From an uncultured Candidatus Peribacteria bacterium (lineage in GTDB: Bacteria > Patescibacteriota > Gracilibacteria > Peribacterales > Peribacteraceae): DNA of 40,360 nt. Below the pieces are notes generated by a model. That model was not told the DNA's origin, did no database searches, and was given only the letters and a program-made list of their open reading frames with translations. Made by a program: the position numbers and the translations under genes. Shown here one piece after another: positions 7,863-16,119 of the stretch; the stretch's first letter is position 1, and each line of letters begins with the position of its first letter. The stretch covers positions 1 to 40,360 of the forward strand of contig CAYGDM010000001.1 in NCBI GenBank assembly GCA_964348685.1, written 5' to 3'.

Positions 7863-7933
7863 AGGCGGGCTTTCGAGTTGCTCGTGCGAGAACTCGATTC
7901 CCCTTACTTCTCCCCTCGCACCCCAGTTTTTTT

Positions 7934-9142
7934 ATGGCAAAAGCCTCAACCGCGGCACAGACCGCAATGATGGAAGAACTCATGAAATCGTCCCCCCCGG
8001 TGTTCCGCCCCCGTCCGGGCGAGCTCGTGGAGGGTAGTGTCGTGTACAAAGGAAAGAACAAGATCTTGATCGACCTCAACGGCGTCACGACGGGCATCAT
8101 CGCCGGTCGCGAACTCCGCGACTCGTTCAACACGTTCCGCGAACTCCAGGAAGGAATGGACGTCGCCGCGCTCGTGCTCGAAGAAGAGAACGACGAGGGA
8201 CTCGTCGTCTTGTCGCTCCGCATGGCCAGCCAGAAGAAGGCCTGGGAACGCTTCCACACACTGACGGACCAGGACGAAACGATGAAGTTTACCGCCCAGG
8301 AAGCCAACAAGGGCGGCCTCATCGCGAACATCGACGGCATCCGCGCCTTCCTCCCGGTTTCGCAGCTCTCCCCGCTCAACTACCCGCGCGTGAACAACGC
8401 CGACGCCGGCGAGATCATCAACCGCCTCGGCAAATTCATCGGTCACACGTTCACGGTGAAGATCGTCACGATGGACGAAGAATCAGGCAAGATCGTCGTC
8501 TCGGAGCGCGAAGCGATGAGCGAAGAGCGCGCCAAGGCCCTCGAAGGATTGAAGATCGGCGAAGAGAAGGACGGCTTGGTGTCGGGCCTCGTGAAGTTCG
8601 GTTTGTTCGTGACGTTCGAAGGCCTCGAAGGACTCGTGCACATCTCCGAGATCGCCTGGGGCCACGTGAAGAACCCGGCCGAGCACGCCAAGATGGGCGA
8701 CAAGGTCCGCGTGAAGGTCATCGGCATCGACGGCGACAAGCTCTCGCTCTCCATGAAACAGCTGACCAAGGACCCATGGGAGGAGGTCGCGGAACGCTAC
8801 CCGGTGGGCAAGAAGGTCTCCGGCAGCATCGTCCGCTTCGCCGACTACGGCGCGTTCGTCCGCCTCGAGAAGGACATCAACGGACTCGTGCACCTCTCCG
8901 AGATCGCGCACCACAAGGTGACCGATCCGTCCGAGGCCCTCACGATCGGCCAGAAGATCGACGCGCAGGTCATCAACATCGACGTCGACGAGCGACGGAT
9001 CGGCCTCTCGATCAAGGCTCTCCAGCCGATCGACGAAGCGACCCTCAAGCGCATCCAGGCCGAACAGGCCGAGGAAGACGCGAAGAAGGACGCCGAACCG
9101 AAGGAAGAGAAGAAAGATGAAGAGGAAGCCACGGAAGCCTGA
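7934..9142 (+). CDS. rpsA: 30S ribosomal protein S1 (four S1/OB repeats, Lys/Glu-rich tail)
   Basis: Repeated S1 motifs, e.g. GLVSGLVKFGLFVTFEGLEGLVHISEI and VSGSIVRFADYGAFVRLEKDINGLVHLSEI. Confidence 0.95.
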   Translation: MAKASTAAQTAMMEELMKSSPPVFRPRPGELVEGSVVYKGKNKILIDLNGVTTGIIAGRELRDSFNTFRELQEGMDVAALVLEEENDEGLVVLSLRMASQKKAWERFHTLTDQDETMKFTAQEANKGGLIANIDGIRAFLPVSQLSPLNYPRVNNADAGEIINRLGKFIGHTFTVKIVTMDEESGKIVVSEREAMSEERAKALEGLKIGEEKDGLVSGLVKFGLFVTFEGLEGLVHISEIAWGHVKNPAEHAKMGDKVRVKVIGIDGDKLSLSMKQLTKDPWEEVAERYPVGKKVSGSIVRFADYGAFVRLEKDINGLVHLSEIAHHKVTDPSEALTIGQKIDAQVINIDVDERRIGLSIKALQPIDEATLKRIQAEQAEEDAKKDAEPKEEKKDEEEATEA

Positions 9143-9160
9143 TCCCCTCTCGATTCTCAG

Positions 9161-9189
9161 AAAACGCCCTGGCCATCCGGGGCGTTTTT
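9161..9189 (+). terminator. rho-independent terminator after rpsA
   Basis: AAAACGCCCTGG-CCAT-CCGGGGCGTTTTT forms a GC-rich stem. It has an A-tract on the 5' side and T5 on the 3' side. Confidence 0.7.
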
Positions 9190-9203
9190 CGTAGTATCCA
9201 TCC

Positions 9204-9869
9204 ATGGGGAAAAAGGCACTCATCTTCGACTTCGACGGCGTGGTGATCGACAGCGAACGCTACTGGCCCGACATCGGCAGGCGCATCTTCACGCGGATCT
9301 CCGGCGCGCCGTTTACCGACGCGGTGCGCCGCACATTCACGGGGCACAGCTTGCCCAACTGCCACGACATCATGGTGCGCGAATATGGCTTGTCCATGCC
9401 CTATGCCGAGTATGAACAGGTCGTGACAACATGCGCGCGCGAGATCTACGACACGGTCGTCCAGCCGATGCCTTCGGTCGCGGCGTTCATTGAATTGGTG
9501 CATGCACGCCGCATGGCGACGGCTATCGCGTCGTCGAATAAGCGCGATTTCGTCGTGAACACCGCGCGACGCTTGGACCTGGAGAAATACTTCCCGATCA
9601 TCGTGACCGGCGATGACGTACCGCACGGCCGAGCGAAACCTCAACCCGACATTTATGTACTGGCAGCGAAGCGACTGGGCATGGCGGCAGTGGAATGCAT
9701 CGCCATCGAAGATTCACCCACGGGCATCAAAGCAGCCAAAGCCGCCGGCATGCACTGCATCGCGCTGCATTCCGACCACAATGGGGAACACGACCTCTCG
9801 CAGGCGGATACGCACATCAGTCACTTCGACGAACTCACCGACGAGCGGCTCGCGTCACTCCTGGGGTAA
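9204..9869 (+). CDS. HAD-superfamily hydrolase (beta-phosphoglucomutase-like subfamily IA)
   Basis: Motif I LIFDFDGVVID, the conserved Lys region GRAKPQPD, and motif IV AIEDSPTGIKAAKAAG. Confidence 0.85.
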   Translation: MGKKALIFDFDGVVIDSERYWPDIGRRIFTRISGAPFTDAVRRTFTGHSLPNCHDIMVREYGLSMPYAEYEQVVTTCAREIYDTVVQPMPSVAAFIELVHARRMATAIASSNKRDFVVNTARRLDLEKYFPIIVTGDDVPHGRAKPQPDIYVLAAKRLGMAAVECIAIEDSPTGIKAAKAAGMHCIALHSDHNGEHDLSQADTHISHFDELTDERLASLLG

Positions 9870-10187
9870 CGCTTTCTGGCTCAAAAAATGCAGGTGGATA
9901 TACGGCACTTCCTGGCCACCCTCTTTGCCGACGTTGAACTGCAGCTTATAGCCGTCGATCCCCTTTTCCGCAGCGAAGAGCCTGGCGGATTCGATGAGCA
10001 GCGCGGGAATGTGGGACGTGTCGGCGTCGACGTGCGCGACCGATTGGAGGAACTGTTTCGGGACGAAGAGCACATGCGTGGGCGCCTGCGGATGGATGTC
10101 CTTGAACGCGATGACTGCGTCGTCTTCGAACACGATGCCCGCCGGGATCTCGCGGTCGATGATTCGGTGGAAGATAGTCTTTTCCAT
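9855..10187 (-). CDS. HIT family protein (Hint-like nucleotide hydrolase)
   Basis: MEKTIFHRIIDREIPA N-terminus and GQEVPYIHLHFL triad region. The first His of the triad is Tyr here. The 3' end overlaps the HAD gene by 15 nt in convergent orientation. Confidence 0.85.
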   Translation of the reverse strand: MEKTIFHRIIDREIPAGIVFEDDAVIAFKDIHPQAPTHVLFVPKQFLQSVAHVDADTSHIPALLIESARLFAAEKGIDGYKLQFNVGKEGGQEVPYIHLHFLSQKALPQE

Positions 10188-10212
10188 GCGCTCCAGTATA
10201 CACTCAGAATCG

Positions 10213-11460
10213 ATGACGCAGCGCGGATTCCTCTACTCATCGGGCGTGACGTACCTCGGAACGATCGGATCAGTCCTCTGCTTGGCGGGGTTCTACGGCA
10301 TATCGTTGCGCGTCGGCACGGAAGCGTTCGGTGCACTGCAATCGACCCTCTCGGCCATGTTCCTGCTCCTTGCGGGGCGCAGCGCGGCGGCCAGTTACGT
10401 CGTGATCCATGCAGCCGGCGATGAACGTCGCCTCGCGGGGGTCGCGAAACGCGGCACATTCCTCGCTAGTCTCGTCGGCCTCGGCATCGCGGGCCTGTTC
10501 GCGATCCTTGCACCCTTCCTGCGCGATTTCTTGCACCTTGAATCATCATTTTCCTTCGTGCTCATCGGCATCGCGGCAATTCCGGGCATGTTCGCGTCGG
10601 CAGGTGAAGGTATCTTGAACGTGCAAAAACGCTTCGCTGCGCTCGCCGTCAGCTCCGTCCTCGTGCCGCTCACGAATTTCCTCTTGGCGATCTTCCTCCT
10701 GCGCGACGGAATGAGCGGCATGGACGCCGGCCTGATCGTGCTCGGCAGCCAGTCGATCAGCTGTCTCAACTTCCTGATGGTCGACTGGACGTCACTTCGT
10801 GGGGGAAAGCCCTTCACGGAGCACGCATCGTCGCTCGCGGAAATCGGCACGCTCATGGCTGCGAGCCTCCTGCTCGGATTATCGCTGCGCATGGATATCC
10901 TTTGGGCGCGGCATCTGTTGCCCGAAGCCAAGGCCGGTTCCTATGCCGTGGCGGCGATGATCGCAGTCGTGCTCTATATCATTACGAGCGGCGCCGCCCG
11001 TGTCACGACGGTATCGCTACGTTCGGGAGGAGGCATACGAGTCATCGGCGCCTCGTATGCGCTCATTGTAGGAACGGCCGCCGTACTCGCGGGAGCATTC
11101 GCCGTGATCGGCCAACCCACGCTGCACATACTCGCCGGACGCGAGATCCCGATCGACTGGCCCGTCCTTCTCCCTCTCTTCATCGCGCTCACGTGCTACT
11201 CGACCATCATGTTCGATTTCTCGTGTCTGAACGTCGTCACGAAGCGAGTACACCTCGGCTTCGCCGTCATTCTCGTCGTCACGCAGGCCACTGCGCTCAC
11301 GGTGTTCGGCATGGATGCGCTCACCATCGCCTGGAGTCAGTGCGTGGTGATGGCAACGCTCGCGATCATCTTCGCCCTCTCGCTCATCCGAGCCGCACGC
11401 TCCATGCAGTCTGGGCCCGTTACGCACCCCGCAGAGCCCCATCTGGCAACGCAGGGATAA
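10213..11460 (+). CDS. polytopic membrane protein, MOP/Wzx-type polysaccharide flippase-like (415 aa)
   Basis: About 12 hydrophobic segments with a general Wzx/polysaccharide-biosynthesis-protein look. Start set at ATG 10213, because the track start at 9994 would run antisense through the HIT gene. Confidence 0.5.
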   Translation: MTQRGFLYSSGVTYLGTIGSVLCLAGFYGISLRVGTEAFGALQSTLSAMFLLLAGRSAAASYVVIHAAGDERRLAGVAKRGTFLASLVGLGIAGLFAILAPFLRDFLHLESSFSFVLIGIAAIPGMFASAGEGILNVQKRFAALAVSSVLVPLTNFLLAIFLLRDGMSGMDAGLIVLGSQSISCLNFLMVDWTSLRGGKPFTEHASSLAEIGTLMAASLLLGLSLRMDILWARHLLPEAKAGSYAVAAMIAVVLYIITSGAARVTTVSLRSGGGIRVIGASYALIVGTAAVLAGAFAVIGQPTLHILAGREIPIDWPVLLPLFIALTCYSTIMFDFSCLNVVTKRVHLGFAVILVVTQATALTVFGMDALTIAWSQCVVMATLAIIFALSLIRAARSMQSGPVTHPAEPHLATQG

Positions 11461-11507
11461 TGGCCTAAAACATTGATTTTTGGCCAAAAAAGGAGGATAA
11501 TAGGCAT

Positions 11508-11999
11508 GTGAATCCCTCATCTCCAGAGAAGGGTCTCCACACTCCATCGAGTGCGCTCGAAGGGTCGAAAGCCGTGCTCCAACCGAGCAAGGCGGAAGGC
11601 TTAGCAATGCTCGTGGCAGAGATCAACGAACTACCGAGCGAAACGGCCGGCTCGGGCCCCACAAACGACGGTCCCGCCACTGGTTCAGGCACGACAATGA
11701 CAACGACGGGCACACAACAGGGAACGTCCGCCCGCGACCACGCGCTCGCCAATTTGCCCGTGCCCGCGCAAATGCAGAAGAAGCTTGAGGAACACATCCG
11801 CGCCGAAGTGAAGCAACTCCGCAAGCAGACGAAACTCATCATCCGCTCACGCAAGCCCGGCTCCGCCTACGCACTCGCGCAAATGTACGCGAAAATCCGC
11901 CATCTCAACGCACTCCTGGCCGACTTGCTGGAGGCCTCGTACGACGTGCTGAAGAGGCTGTTCGTGAAAGTGTTCATCGATCGACAGCAGATTGGGTAG
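11508..11999 (+). CDS. hypothetical protein (disordered N-terminal half, helical C-terminal half)
   Basis: AAGGAGG at 11490-11496. GTG 11508 overlaps an ATG-TGA start-stop pair (11506-11511). An alternative ATG lies at 11607. No family recognised. Confidence 0.4.
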   Translation: MNPSSPEKGLHTPSSALEGSKAVLQPSKAEGLAMLVAEINELPSETAGSGPTNDGPATGSGTTMTTTGTQQGTSARDHALANLPVPAQMQKKLEEHIRAEVKQLRKQTKLIIRSRKPGSAYALAQMYAKIRHLNALLADLLEASYDVLKRLFVKVFIDRQQIG

Positions 12000-12009
12000 G
12001 CCTCGATAC

Positions 12010-12030
12010 GATTTTTGCACGGCAAAAATC
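12010..12030. terminator. AT-rich hairpin between convergent genes (possible bidirectional terminator)
   Basis: GATTTTTGC-ACG-GCAAAAATC forms a perfect 9-bp stem. Confidence 0.4.
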
Positions 12031-12064
12031 ACTCGGCCTGACAAGCAGCGTACCGAGCCATGAC

Positions 12065-12334
12065 TTATTCTACGTCGATCGCTTTCTTGTCGTGGTCTTT
12101 CTTCCCCGTCTTATCCAGCGCTTCGACGTACTCGAGCACCCACTCGAGGATTTTGTCGGTCATCACAAGCGGCTTCATGATCACGTCTTCCACCTGCTCC
12201 GACACGCTCTGCACGCGCTTCATGATCTTGCGCAGGTCCACGACGATGAACAGCACGTGGTACAGGACCACCACGAGCATAACGGCAACCAGAATGAGGA
12301 GGGCCGTGAGAACGTCATCAGCTGTGAGCATCAT
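12065..12334 (-). CDS. small membrane-anchored protein (N-terminal TM plus charged helix; DUF948-like look)
   Basis: MMLTADDVLTALLILVAVMLVVVLYHVLFIVV is followed by an amphipathic, charged C-terminus. Start taken at ATG 12334, inside the longer track ORF. Confidence 0.5.
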   Translation of the reverse strand: MMLTADDVLTALLILVAVMLVVVLYHVLFIVVDLRKIMKRVQSVSEQVEDVIMKPLVMTDKILEWVLEYVEALDKTGKKDHDKKAIDVE

Positions 12335-12365
12335 ACGGTAGACTACGGTACTGAACGCCACGCAC

Positions 12366-12665
12366 ATGCGCAATCTCCCCCGCAACATCTGGCACCTTCC
12401 GCGCAATACGATCGTGCTGATCGTGCGCGCATACCAGCGGACGCTCTCGCTGGACCACGGCCCGCTGCGGCACCTCTATCCGTACGGCGTCTGTATTCAT
12501 ACACCCACGTGTTCGCAGTACGCGATCGAGACGGTTACGCGGCGCGGCGCGATCGTCGGCTCCGTGCTCGCCCTGGGTAGGGTGCTCACGTGCCACCCGT
12601 GGCGGAAACCGAGCGACGAAAAGGTGCTCCAGGCCATCGATGAGCACTTCCCGAAGAAACCCTGA
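12366..12665 (+). CDS. yidD: membrane protein insertion efficiency factor YidD
   Basis: YQRTLS...C.H.PTCSQYA....R.G...G..L...R...CHP pattern, present as CIHTPTCSQYAIETVTRRGAIVGSVLALGRVLTCHPW. Confidence 0.9.
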   Translation: MRNLPRNIWHLPRNTIVLIVRAYQRTLSLDHGPLRHLYPYGVCIHTPTCSQYAIETVTRRGAIVGSVLALGRVLTCHPWRKPSDEKVLQAIDEHFPKKP

Positions 12666-12701
12666 TCGCGTACCATCACGCGGCGTCCGGTTCACATCTC
12701 C

Positions 12702-12776
12702 GCGGGTATCGTATAACGGCTATTACCCCAGTTTTCCAAACTGGTGACGCGGGTTCGACTCCCGCTACCCGCTCCA
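12702..12776 (+). tRNA. tRNA-Gly (anticodon UCC), CCA encoded
   Basis: Hand-folded cloverleaf. Acceptor stem GCGGGTA/TACCCGC. Anticodon stem CCAGT/ACTGG with loop TTTCCAA (anticodon TCC). T arm GCGGG-TTCGACT-CCCGC. Discriminator T followed by CCA. Confidence 0.9.
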
Positions 12777-12813
12777 CCCCGCTTCGCCCCGGCTGCGGAC
12801 GGAACGACACACA

Positions 12814-12842
12814 GGTCGCCGCACGCAAAAAAAGCGGCGACC
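12814..12842. terminator. perfect 9-bp hairpin between the tRNA and the downstream minus-strand gene
   Basis: GGTCGCCGC-ACGCAAAAAAA-GCGGCGACC. There is no flanking T-tract, and the A7/T7 run sits in the loop. Its function is uncertain. Confidence 0.35.
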
Positions 12843-12887
12843 CATGAAGGGCCGCCGCCAAGATATTTCGAGCAACGTCTTCGCTGC

Positions 12888-13583
12888 TCACTCGACTGAT
12901 TTCTTTTCCCTCCAGACCAACACTCGGTCACCGGGTTGCATGCGGTTGTATCGATGCATGAACTCCAACTTCTTGGTATGCAACAACGCGTTGCATTTTT
13001 CGGTCGTCGCACTTCCGAGCGCGAAGAGCGGAAACGGGGTTTTCCACTCTCTCACTCGGACGAGGTCATAGAAATACGCTTGCGAGTACCCCTTCACCCG
13101 CACGATGGTGCACAGCTCCGCCCGGTCGATCACCTGAAGCACTTCCCACACCGCGAATTCCCGTTCGAGAGGAGTGTTTTCCGGGAGATCGCTGGAATGC
13201 TGTAATAAATATCCTCCACAAATGCCGGGCAGTTCGTTGAGGGTCCATTTATCCGACCCGGGAAACTGCGCATTGATCATGTCGATGAACGGCCCCCCTC
13301 GCCGATGCGTCGTTTCGAACGCGCGGCCTGGGGGTTCTTCGACCATATCGAACGGATCCTTCGTGGGACGGAGAAACCGTCGCCGGAAAACCTTCACCAT
13401 CTTCCTGATGAACCTTCTGTCGGCGCAGATTTCCTCCGTGCGCAGATTAGAATACATGCCCGCGTCTTGCAGGGCTTGTGCGAGCAAAATCGCGAATCTC
13501 ATGTAAAGCATCGCGGATTTCGCGTGCGTACAATCGATCTTTTGTCTCTTTTTCTTGGAACTTGAGGCCGTCGTCGCTGTCAT
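12888..13583 (-). CDS. hypothetical protein (231 aa), orphan
   Basis: ATG 13583 is preceded by a strong SD (AAGGAG, plus-strand coordinates 13592-13597, 8-nt spacing). Lower GC (hand counts 48-50%). No motif recognised. Confidence 0.55.
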   Translation of the reverse strand: MTATTASSSKKKRQKIDCTHAKSAMLYMRFAILLAQALQDAGMYSNLRTEEICADRRFIRKMVKVFRRRFLRPTKDPFDMVEEPPGRAFETTHRRGGPFIDMINAQFPGSDKWTLNELPGICGGYLLQHSSDLPENTPLEREFAVWEVLQVIDRAELCTIVRVKGYSQAYFYDLVRVREWKTPFPLFALGSATTEKCNALLHTKKLEFMHRYNRMQPGDRVLVWREKKSVE

Positions 13584-13813
13584 GTGCACGTCTCCTTCCG
13601 AGCTACCCGTTCTACGGTCGAACGAGCCTGTCGGATGCGAGGGTCGTCCCGGATATCGTCGTCCACGCGGACGAACCATAGGGCCGGAGTGTCAAAGAAC
13701 TATGGATACGATAAAACTATTTTCAACTTTTAGCAATTATCGATAAGAGTGCCGAAAGGATGTTCCGCACCGGTCGTCTTCCCGTATGATCGTTTCGCAT
13801 TCCCCCACCTCCC

Positions 13814-14227
13814 ATGACGCAGATCACCGTCGAGACCTCCGTCCACGCCCCGGTCGAGAAAGTATGGGATTGTTGGACGCAGCCGGAACACATCACGCGG
13901 TGGAACGCCGCGTCGGACGATTGGCACACGCCCACTGCCGAAAACGACCTACGCGAAGGGGGGAAATTCGTCAGTCGCATGGAAGCGAAGGATGGCTCGG
14001 TCGGCTTCGATTTCGGCGGCACATACACGACGGTCGTCGAACACAAGCAGATCGATTACACGATGGACGACGGCCGCACGGTGAGCGTCCTGTTCGACGG
14101 CCATGGCGACCACACGCACATCACCGAAGTGTTCGACCCGGAATTGGAGAACGCGCCCGACATGCAGCGCCAGGGCTGGCAATCCATCATGGATAACTTC
14201 AAGAAGTACGTCGAATCCAAGGCGTGA
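13814..14227 (+). CDS. SRPBCC/AHSA1-family protein
   Basis: SVHAPVEKVWDCWTQPEHITRW at the N-terminus and QGWQSIMDNFKKYVE at the C-terminus are typical of the Aha1/BPI-like SRPBCC family. Confidence 0.85.
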   Translation: MTQITVETSVHAPVEKVWDCWTQPEHITRWNAASDDWHTPTAENDLREGGKFVSRMEAKDGSVGFDFGGTYTTVVEHKQIDYTMDDGRTVSVLFDGHGDHTHITEVFDPELENAPDMQRQGWQSIMDNFKKYVESKA

Positions 14228-14655
14228 AGACCATGCGCATCTACTTCGGAGGATCCATCAGGGGCGGCACGCACGATCGCGAACTGTATCTGCGACTTAT
14301 CGAAGTGCTGCAAGGGTACGGCGACGTGCTCACGGAACACATTTTCCACGAGAACGCCGACAGACACCTCGACCCGGCGACGCTAGAGCGATCAATCTAC
14401 GAGCAGGACATGGAGTGGCTCACCGCGGCCGATGTCGTGGTCGCGGAAGTGACTGGCGTCAGCCTCGGCGTGGGCTACGAGATCGGCCAAGCGGACGCCA
14501 TGGGCAAGCGCGTGCTCTGCCTCTACCGCGAGCAAGAGGGGCGCATGCTCTCAGCCATGTTGCTCGGCAACCCGAAGCTCACGGTTCGTGCCTACCGCGA
14601 TACCGAGACCCTCGCGGACGCGAAGGCGATCTTCGACGAATTCTTTCACGGCTAA
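14224..14655 (+). CDS. DNPH1/Rcl-like 2'-deoxynucleoside 5'-phosphate N-hydrolase (nucleoside 2-deoxyribosyltransferase fold)
   Basis: IYFGGSIRGG...VLTEHI...EQDMEWLTAADVVVAEVTGVSLGVGYEIG....KRVLCLYR...GRMLSAML closely tracks the DNPH1 motifs as I recall them. The GTG start overlaps the upstream stop (GTGA). An alternative ATG lies at 14233. Confidence 0.8.
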   Translation: MKTMRIYFGGSIRGGTHDRELYLRLIEVLQGYGDVLTEHIFHENADRHLDPATLERSIYEQDMEWLTAADVVVAEVTGVSLGVGYEIGQADAMGKRVLCLYREQEGRMLSAMLLGNPKLTVRAYRDTETLADAKAIFDEFFHG

Positions 14656-14698
14656 GGGTTAACACAGCGGCCGGGACAGACGCCGAATGTGGCTGCGA

Positions 14699-15070
14699 CT
14701 ACAGATCCACGAAGGCCTCGAAGCCCCCGACGGCCGCGCGTTGCATCTCGAACGGCATCTCGAAATCCTTCGTATCGGCGTACGCTTTGTCCATCGCGGC
14801 ATGCACTTTCTTGTTCACAGCGTCGCGGTGCTTCCGTGATTTGTAGACCACGTACGAGAAGACGACGATCTCGTCCTTTTTCGCTTTCACCATCGTGGGA
14901 AACGGCAAGTTGCCCCATTTCTTGGCGACGCCCAGGTCCTCCCCGATCGCCTCGACGTAGTTGAGCGCGCCGCACTTCATCCAGATCTTTCCGCCCTCCT
15001 TGGCCATTTTCTTGTAGGCGGGAAGGTTCTTCTTGGGCATCGCGATGACGAATCCGTCGATGTAGGACAT
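14699..15070 (-). CDS. DUF1428 family protein
   Basis: MSYIDGFVIAMPKKNLPAYKKMA...WMKCGALNYVE matches the DUF1428 pattern as I recall it. Last gene of the ArsR operon. Confidence 0.75.
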   Translation of the reverse strand: MSYIDGFVIAMPKKNLPAYKKMAKEGGKIWMKCGALNYVEAIGEDLGVAKKWGNLPFPTMVKAKKDEIVVFSYVVYKSRKHRDAVNKKVHAAMDKAYADTKDFEMPFEMQRAAVGGFEAFVDL

Positions 15071-15088
15071 ATGGATGAGGAGAAAGAA

Positions 15089-15553
15089 TTAAAGGTTCGA
15101 TACGTAGTCTGCCAGACGGCCGAGGGTTTGTTCACCCCCTTCGATGGCGCCGACTTCCTCGACCTGCTTCACCATCTCTACGAGGGTCGGGAAGACCATC
15201 TTCAACGTGACGAGTGTCGCGTCACCATCGTCCGAAAGGGTGATGGACGCCTGGAACGGCGGCTCGTCGGTCGTGGGGTCCGAATGGTCGTACGCGATGT
15301 GCTCGAGCAGAACGACATCGGTGTACGCCATGAGGTTTTCGTAGTCCGTGCCGTCGGGACCGTGCATCGTGTACGTCCACGAGCCGCCAATGCGGAAATC
15401 CATCGAATGCGTCTCGTTGCGGAAGCCGTCCGGACCCCACCAAAGATCGAGTTGAGCGGGGTTGGTGAGGGCTTTCCAGACGACCTCGCGCGGCGCGGCG
15501 ACCGTGCGGGTGATGATGAGGGAACGCTCGGCGTCGTTACGGATGGAAGGCAT
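15089..15553 (-). CDS. SRPBCC/AHSA1-family protein
   Basis: RTVAAPREVVWKALTNPAQLDLWWGP and ...GGSWTYTMHGPDG... are characteristic of the family. Confidence 0.85.
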   Translation of the reverse strand: MPSIRNDAERSLIITRTVAAPREVVWKALTNPAQLDLWWGPDGFRNETHSMDFRIGGSWTYTMHGPDGTDYENLMAYTDVVLLEHIAYDHSDPTTDEPPFQASITLSDDGDATLVTLKMVFPTLVEMVKQVEEVGAIEGGEQTLGRLADYVSNL

Positions 15554-15589
15554 GAATGAGAGTGGGGAATGTAGAGAAGAGAGCGCAGA

Positions 15590-16072
15590 TCAGAGGATCT
15601 TCGCGAACTTATCGAGCGACGACGACCAGCCTGCCTCGGCGTTTTCCGCCATTTCAACGGAGTGTCCTTCGTGGTGCACCGTGAGCTTCGTCTTTCCCTC
15701 GCCGGCGTCCTCGAACGTGATCGTGACCTTCATCTTTTCGGGCCACTCGCCGGGCATGCCGATCGTCGAAGGATCGATCCAGTTGCCGTTCTCGTCGCAG
15801 AAATAATCGGTCGCGACGATTTTCTCCATCGGAACGACTTCCACGTACTCGCCGCCGCTGTACGTGACCTTATCCCATTCGGACCCCGGAGGGCCCTGCA
15901 TGGCGTAGACGAATTTGCCGCCGGTCCGCAGGTCCTGCTGCACGCTCGGCGCGCTGAACCCTTCGGGGCCCCACCATTTCTTGATGTCGTCGGGATTGGT
16001 CCACGCTTCCCACACGCGCTCGCGGGGGGCGTCGAGGGTGCGGACGATGTGGACGTCTTTGGTCGTGGCCAT
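15590..16072 (-). CDS. SRPBCC/AHSA1-family protein
   Basis: RTLDAPRERVWEAWTNPDDIKKWWGP. ATG 16072 is chosen as the start. The alternative GTG at 16123 would overlap the ArsR stop (GTGA). Confidence 0.8.
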   Translation of the reverse strand: MATTKDVHIVRTLDAPRERVWEAWTNPDDIKKWWGPEGFSAPSVQQDLRTGGKFVYAMQGPPGSEWDKVTYSGGEYVEVVPMEKIVATDYFCDENGNWIDPSTIGMPGEWPEKMKVTITFEDAGEGKTKLTVHHEGHSVEMAENAEAGWSSSLDKFAKIL

Positions 16073-16119
16073 AGGAAGAGGGGGAAAGAAAAAGACGAAA
16101 GGGGTGACGGCTGCTCGGG

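Noticed and set aside
11465-11854. Minus-strand 129-aa ORF competing with the plus-strand ORF 11508-11999.
   Set aside because: Its translation is Cys/Ser/Phe-rich and implausible. The plus-strand ORF has an upstream AAGGAGG, a helical C-terminal half, and a hairpin downstream at 12010-12030. Even so, the plus-strand call is only moderate confidence.
12702-13813. Integrated mobile element or prophage remnant at tRNA-Gly.
   Set aside because: There is no integrase or recombinase ORF, and I could find no direct repeat of the tRNA 3' end within the next 1.1 kb. Only the composition and SD anomaly of one orphan gene remain, and that is reported as a finding rather than called a mobile element.
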